Below are positions 59,192-64,000 of a DNA stretch of 64,000 nucleotides, piece after piece. The DNA comes from Spirochaetia bacterium. Its GTDB lineage: Bacteria > Spirochaetota > Spirochaetia > UBA9216. Positions within the stretch are counted from its first letter, which is position 1, and each line of letters begins with the position of its first letter. The DNA is taken from NCBI GenBank assembly GCA_963677925.2, contig CAXXYH010000004.1:2400001-2464000 (forward strand). Reading direction: 5' to 3'. A model generated the notes under the pieces. The model was given only the letters and a program-made list of their open reading frames with translations, had not been told where the DNA came from and searched no databases. The translations under genes were made by a program, and so were the position numbers.

Positions 59192-61103
59192 GGTTTTCCT
59201 CTTTCAGGAAGTCAGTAAAGCTCCTGGCAATTTCAGGGTCATATTGTCTTCCGCTGTATTTATGAATTTCTTCAATAGCCTCATCAAAGCTTTTACCTTT
59301 TTTATAAGGCGTATCGTGTGTCATCGAATCGAAGCTGTCAAGAATTGAAAATATTCTCGATTCAATCGGAATATTTTTTTCTTTAAGACCCGACGGATAT
59401 CCGCTTCCGTCCCAGCATTCATGATGGTAGAGTATCAGTTCTGCTATTGATGAAAACTCCGGAATAGCTTTTACAATTCTGTAGCCGATAATACTGTGCT
59501 GTTTAATCGTGTTGTATTCTTCATCATTGAGCATTCCGTCTTTTGTGAGAATTTTTGATGGTATTCTGATTTTTCCAATATCATGCAGCTTTGCGAGATT
59601 ATTTAGTTTTTCAGCTGTGGTTGCGGATAGATTTAATTTTTTAGAGAAAAGCTTATTGATGGTAATTAGGTTAGAAATGTGTCTGTGAGTTTCAAATCCG
59701 CGGGTTTGAGCCGTTTCTATAATATCGGCAAAAAGCTGTTCAAGATGTTTTCCGCGGTTCTGAAGCTTCATTTTGTACATAAGCTCATCGGCCTTATGTA
59801 CAGCATCAATTAGAGATTCTTCCTGTGATACTTTGGTTGCACAGCCTATGGATACACTGGGTCTTGAAAAAATATCGTCATACACACTTTCATTACAGGC
59901 GGTAATTATATTTGAGGCTAGTTTTTCAGCTCTGGAAAGGGTACTCCCGGGAAGAAGAATTGCAAACTCATCACCTCCGGTTCTTGCTATTACATCGCTT
60001 TTCCGGCAGTTCGCTGCAAGTATTTCAGATACCTTTTTAAGAAGCTGATCGCCGAAAGCGTGTCCGAATGCATCATTAGTCAGTTTAAGACTGTTAACAT
60101 CAACAATCAGGACACTGGTGGGAATTGCGTTTCTGTTAAGTTCGAGCCGCTTAAGTTCCTCATCGAAATAAGCCCGGTTATAGAGTCCGGTCAGTACATC
60201 GTGGAAACTTTTAAAATAGTAGTCATTTTCCTTACTTTTTCTTGAGCTTATGTCTCTTATAATACAGGCATTCTCGTGAATACCGGATTTAACAACCTTG
60301 CATTCGAAATATTTATTTTCACCTGTTGATGCATGATTATATTCGAAAGTTCGAACTGAGCCTTCATTATGAAGCGTACCTGTATTTTTAATTATGGTGC
60401 TGGCAAGATGTTCAGGCATTATTTCAGTAAGATGACGGCCTTCAACAGCGCTTTCGCTTTGAAAGAGTTCGAATTCAGTTGATTCATGGTAGTCTATAAA
60501 CAGGCCCTTATCATTGAAAACAACAAGCAGATCAGGAATGGCGTTTAGAAGCGCTTTTGAGCGTTTCTGACTCCTCTCAAGCGCATTTTCCATCTCTTTT
60601 CTCATTGAGATATCCAGCATTACTTCGATAACGCCTTTGATTTTACCGTTTTCATCAAGAACAGGCTGAGAGGACATTAGAAAGGTTTCACCTTTACCAT
60701 TGGAAATCTCTTCTTTCCAGGGCCAGCCTGTTTTAATTGTTCCTGTTACAGGACAACCTTCACAGGGGTTATCGGTATTATGATAAACCTGATAGCAGGG
60801 ATTACCAATAATGTCTTCAATTCTTTTATTGTCAGGAACTGCCTTCAGGCCGGCTTTATTTATCCATTTAATGTTGTAGTCCAGATCAAGATAGCTGACC
60901 CTCTCAACAAGACTGTTTAGAATTTGTTCTTTTTCGCGTTCAGATTCCTTCAATGATTCTTTAATGACATCATCAAGGAAGTTTTTTCGGCTGCTGTCAG
61001 CGATATTTTTAAATTCAAGATTACCGGCTTTTATTTTTTCTTTAAGCTCTGCGATTTCATTTTCAAGCAGTTCAATCTTTTTCTGTTGAGGGTCTTTACT
61101 CAT
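59172..61103 (-). CDS. PAS-PAS-GGDEF-HD-GYP c-di-GMP enzyme
   Basis: DVLTGLYNR, RKSD...GGDEF, HDIGK and HHECWDGSGYP. Confidence 0.9.
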   Translation of the reverse strand: MSKDPQQKKIELLENEIAELKEKIKAGNLEFKNIADSSRKNFLDDVIKESLKESEREKEQILNSLVERVSYLDLDYNIKWINKAGLKAVPDNKRIEDIIGNPCYQVYHNTDNPCEGCPVTGTIKTGWPWKEEISNGKGETFLMSSQPVLDENGKIKGVIEVMLDISMRKEMENALERSQKRSKALLNAIPDLLVVFNDKGLFIDYHESTEFELFQSESAVEGRHLTEIMPEHLASTIIKNTGTLHNEGSVRTFEYNHASTGENKYFECKVVKSGIHENACIIRDISSRKSKENDYYFKSFHDVLTGLYNRAYFDEELKRLELNRNAIPTSVLIVDVNSLKLTNDAFGHAFGDQLLKKVSEILAANCRKSDVIARTGGDEFAILLPGSTLSRAEKLASNIITACNESVYDDIFSRPSVSIGCATKVSQEESLIDAVHKADELMYKMKLQNRGKHLEQLFADIIETAQTRGFETHRHISNLITINKLFSKKLNLSATTAEKLNNLAKLHDIGKIRIPSKILTKDGMLNDEEYNTIKQHSIIGYRIVKAIPEFSSIAELILYHHECWDGSGYPSGLKEKNIPIESRIFSILDSFDSMTHDTPYKKGKSFDEAIEEIHKYSGRQYDPEIARSFTDFLKEENLESILS

Positions 61104-61214
61104 TAAATATAATTTAATATATAACCCAAAAAAATTCTACAAGAAGATACATTCTGTGAAAATTGTTGACAAATGAACTATTGCGTTTCACACTTTTATA
61201 CAGGAGGATGATTT

Positions 61215-62084
61215 ATGGAAAGAATCGTAAAATGCGGACATATTCAGGCCTCAAATGCTCTTGATACAGGCAGTGTAGCCGAAATCAAGGAGGCTATGAT
61301 TGCTAAACACATTCCATTAATTGAACAGGCCGGCAAACAGGGGGTGCAGATTCTTTGTCTGCAGGAAGTTTTCTGGGGACCTTATTTCTGTGCCGAGCAG
61401 GATATCAAGTGGTATGCTACTGCAGAGACTGTTCCCGGACCGACTACCGAAAGACTTTCGGAGTATGCGAAAAAATACAAAATGGTCCTGATTCTGCCTG
61501 TGTATGAAAAGACTCTGGAAGGCGTCTATTATAATACTGCAGCCGTTATTGATGCCGACGGAAAGTTTCTGGGTAAATTCCAGAAAATCCATATTCCGCA
61601 TACATGGCCCGGATTCTGGGAGAAATTCTACTTTAAACCGGGAAATGCAGGTTTTCCTGTTTTTGAAACAGCTTATGCTAAAATTGGAATTTTCATCTGT
61701 TATGACAGGCACTTCCCCGAATGTGCCAGAATTCTTGCACTGAACGGTGCGGAGATACTTTTTAACCCGTCAGCCACTGTCAGCGGAAAATCTCAGTATC
61801 TCTGGGAGCTTGAACAGCCGGCTCAGGCTGTTGCCAACGGTGTTTTTATCGGTGCCAATAACCGTGTGGGTGTCGAGAAACCCTGGGAAATTGGTAAATT
61901 CTACGGTTCAAGCTATTTTGTAGATCCCAGAGGAAAACTTCTTGTTAAAGGAAGCGAGGACAGTGATGAAATTGTTACTGCAGATCTTGATCTGGAGCAA
62001 ATACGTGAGGTACGCGACGGCTGGCAGTTTTTCAGAGACCGCAGACCTGAGACCTACTACGATATTTGTGACTTTCTTCCCTGA
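61215..62084 (+). CDS. Carbon-nitrogen hydrolase (beta-ureidopropionase-like)
   Basis: Catalytic E-K-C triad in LQEVF, KIHIPH and ICYDRHFPE. Confidence 0.85.
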   Translation: MERIVKCGHIQASNALDTGSVAEIKEAMIAKHIPLIEQAGKQGVQILCLQEVFWGPYFCAEQDIKWYATAETVPGPTTERLSEYAKKYKMVLILPVYEKTLEGVYYNTAAVIDADGKFLGKFQKIHIPHTWPGFWEKFYFKPGNAGFPVFETAYAKIGIFICYDRHFPECARILALNGAEILFNPSATVSGKSQYLWELEQPAQAVANGVFIGANNRVGVEKPWEIGKFYGSSYFVDPRGKLLVKGSEDSDEIVTADLDLEQIREVRDGWQFFRDRRPETYYDICDFLP

Positions 62085-62089
62085 GGTAA

Positions 62090-63346
62090 CTATTCATACC
62101 TCAGGGCTTCATGCGGTATAAGTTTTGCCGCTCTTGCCGCAGGATAAAAACCTGAAAGCAGGCCGGTAATTATTGAAAGCATTACTGCTGTTACAGCAGT
62201 TACCGGATTTATTATTACCGGCCATGCAGCGGCTTTTCCAATTATGACTGAGGCCAGGGCCGCTATGCCAAGTCCGCCCAGGCCTCCGCCGCCGCAAAGA
62301 ATAAGAGTTTCAATCAGAAACTGAAGCCTTATATCTGCCTGCCTTGCGCCCAACGCCTTTCTGATTCCAATTTCTCGGGTTCTTTCTTTTACTGATACCA
62401 GCATTATATTCATGATTCCTATAGCTGCCACCAGCAGAGCTATTCCGGCAAGTACTGCCACACCGGTTGTAATTGCAGATATTACGTTATTTATCATTTC
62501 AAGCTGCTCTTTCATTGACGTAACTGCAAACTTATCAAAACGGCTTTCCCATTTACCATGATTTTTAGCAAGCACCCGCAAAATCTCTTTTCTGGCTGCA
62601 GGTATATCTTCTATTGAAGTGGCTTTTGCCATAACATTCCAGTATTTTCCATCCCCACCGAACACCCTCTTAAACAGCGAGACCGGAACTACAAGAGCAT
62701 TATTAAAGGTCTGATCGGGGTCTGATAGCGACATAGTACCGGTTTTCTCTTTTTTGGCTAAGACTCCTACTATTTTCAGCGGTGTACCCAGAGCATATAT
62801 GTATTCACCGATAGGGTCTCTTCCCTGAAAGAATTCCTCCTTAATAGAGTAGCCAATCATTACAACCTTTGCCTGGTATTTAACCTCATCATCAGTGATG
62901 ACTCGACCTGAATAAAGACTGAAATCAACATACTCGATGTAGGCATCTGTTGTTCCTGTTACAGTTAGCTGCTTTACAATATCATTAACCTTGATTACAG
63001 ATCGCACCTGCTGAAGCGGGGCTATTGCCGTTACATGTTCTGCATACTTTTCCAGATCGTCTATATCCCTTGCAGTCAATGCTTCGGTTTTAAATGATCT
63101 GTTAAAGCTGTATGTCTGCCAGTTTACACCGACAGACAGGGCTGTAGGTGTAAGACCTTCGAACTCGTTCATTACAATGCTTCTTCCTCCCGCTCCCGCA
63201 GCAAGCACGGTTACAACAGAGGCTATTCCTATTATTATTCCAAGCAGGGTAAGGAAAGAACGGGATTTATTTGATACTACAGCTGAGAAGGCTTCATATA
63301 AAATCTCTCTGAAAGCTGCTTTATTATTAACTTTCTTTATTTTCAT
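62090..63346 (-). CDS. MacB/FtsX-type ABC permease
   Basis: RSFLTLLGIIIGIASV and GIMNIMLVSVKERTREIGIRKALGA. Confidence 0.92.
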   Translation of the reverse strand: MKIKKVNNKAAFREILYEAFSAVVSNKSRSFLTLLGIIIGIASVVTVLAAGAGGRSIVMNEFEGLTPTALSVGVNWQTYSFNRSFKTEALTARDIDDLEKYAEHVTAIAPLQQVRSVIKVNDIVKQLTVTGTTDAYIEYVDFSLYSGRVITDDEVKYQAKVVMIGYSIKEEFFQGRDPIGEYIYALGTPLKIVGVLAKKEKTGTMSLSDPDQTFNNALVVPVSLFKRVFGGDGKYWNVMAKATSIEDIPAARKEILRVLAKNHGKWESRFDKFAVTSMKEQLEMINNVISAITTGVAVLAGIALLVAAIGIMNIMLVSVKERTREIGIRKALGARQADIRLQFLIETLILCGGGGLGGLGIAALASVIIGKAAAWPVIINPVTAVTAVMLSIITGLLSGFYPAARAAKLIPHEALRYE

Positions 63347-63347
63347 A

Positions 63348-64000
63348 TCAGTACTCTGACCTCAGGGCCTCAACCGGCATCAGTCTAGAAGCCTTCCATG
63401 CGGGGTAAATTCCGAAGATTATGCCGATAATACTGGATATTCCCAGGGCCCCGGCTACCATGACTGCGGGCAAAGCGAATTTCCATTCAAGAACAGAACA
63501 TGCAATTGCTGAGAGGCTGATACCGAATATTACACCGGTTCCTCCGCCGATAAGACAGAGAACTATAGCCTCAATAATGAACTGAATGATTATATCAGTT
63601 CTTGTAGCCCCGACAGCCATTCTGATACCTATTTCTCTGGTACGTTCAGTAACCGCAACCAGCATTATATTCATAATTCCAAGACCGCCGACTACCAGTG
63701 ATATTGATGCTATGACAAGAATAAGAGTAGAAATGATATTGAGAATGTTATCAGCCATATCCACATAGCTGTCGAGTCTCTCTATTCGAAACCTCGGATT
63801 GCCGCGAAGATCTCCATACTTTTTATTGAGATAGTTTGAAATTCTTTGTTCGGCAATATTTACATCATCAATGGTTTTGAATTTTAACAGGTATACCCAG
63901 TACTTTATGTTGATTCCTCCCCATATTTTAGAGGAGATGAAGTTTTCCGGTACGAAAATAGTGTTGTCATCAGAACCGTCACTTAAAAAATTATTGCTTA
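63348..64000 (-). CDS. Second MacB/FtsX-type ABC permease, 5'-truncated by the window edge
   Basis: Frame is open to the window end; GIMNIMLVAVTERTREIGIR. Confidence 0.9.
   Translation of the reverse strand, partial: SNNFLSDGSDDNTIFVPENFISSKIWGGINIKYWVYLLKFKTIDDVNIAEQRISNYLNKKYGDLRGNPRFRIERLDSYVDMADNILNIISTLILVIASISLVVGGLGIMNIMLVAVTERTREIGIRMAVGATRTDIIIQFIIEAIVLCLIGGGTGVIFGISLSAIACSVLEWKFALPAVMVAGALGISSIIGIIFGIYPAWKASRLMPVEALRSEY

Overview
Gene-dense chromosomal window from a spirochaete, probably a free-living Spirochaetales member (paired flaA sheath genes, flgF/flgG/single-domain flgJ, spirochaetal lipoproteins). I found no phage, integrase, transposase or CRISPR array. In order: a surface-protein block (truncated beta-barrel plus three modular lipoproteins); assorted transporters and regulators; two secreted lipases; a Ser/Thr kinase-phosphoesterase-FHA-vWA operon; a MarR/heterodimeric ABC exporter; a partner-switching operon around a cellulose-synthase-like gene; tRNA-Thr(CGT); xylose genes; flagellar rod genes; an RpoS-like sigma; tsaD; fba; flaA x2; a c-di-GMP enzyme; and two MacB-type permeases. 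Best candidates for undescribed biology: (1) the kinase/phosphoesterase/degenerate-FHA/vWA operon, headed by a protein of unrecognised domain whose divergently transcribed paralog is fused to an HU-like DNA-binding domain; (2) a PilZ-less BcsA-like synthase with a ~150-aa insertion, between an RsbU-RsbW fusion and a STAS protein; (3) a sigma54 promoter in front of an RpoS-like gene in Borrelia-like gene order; (4) a shared GTCC-N14-GGAC palindrome in front of two modular lipoprotein genes. All family calls come from motif recognition by eye, not database searches.
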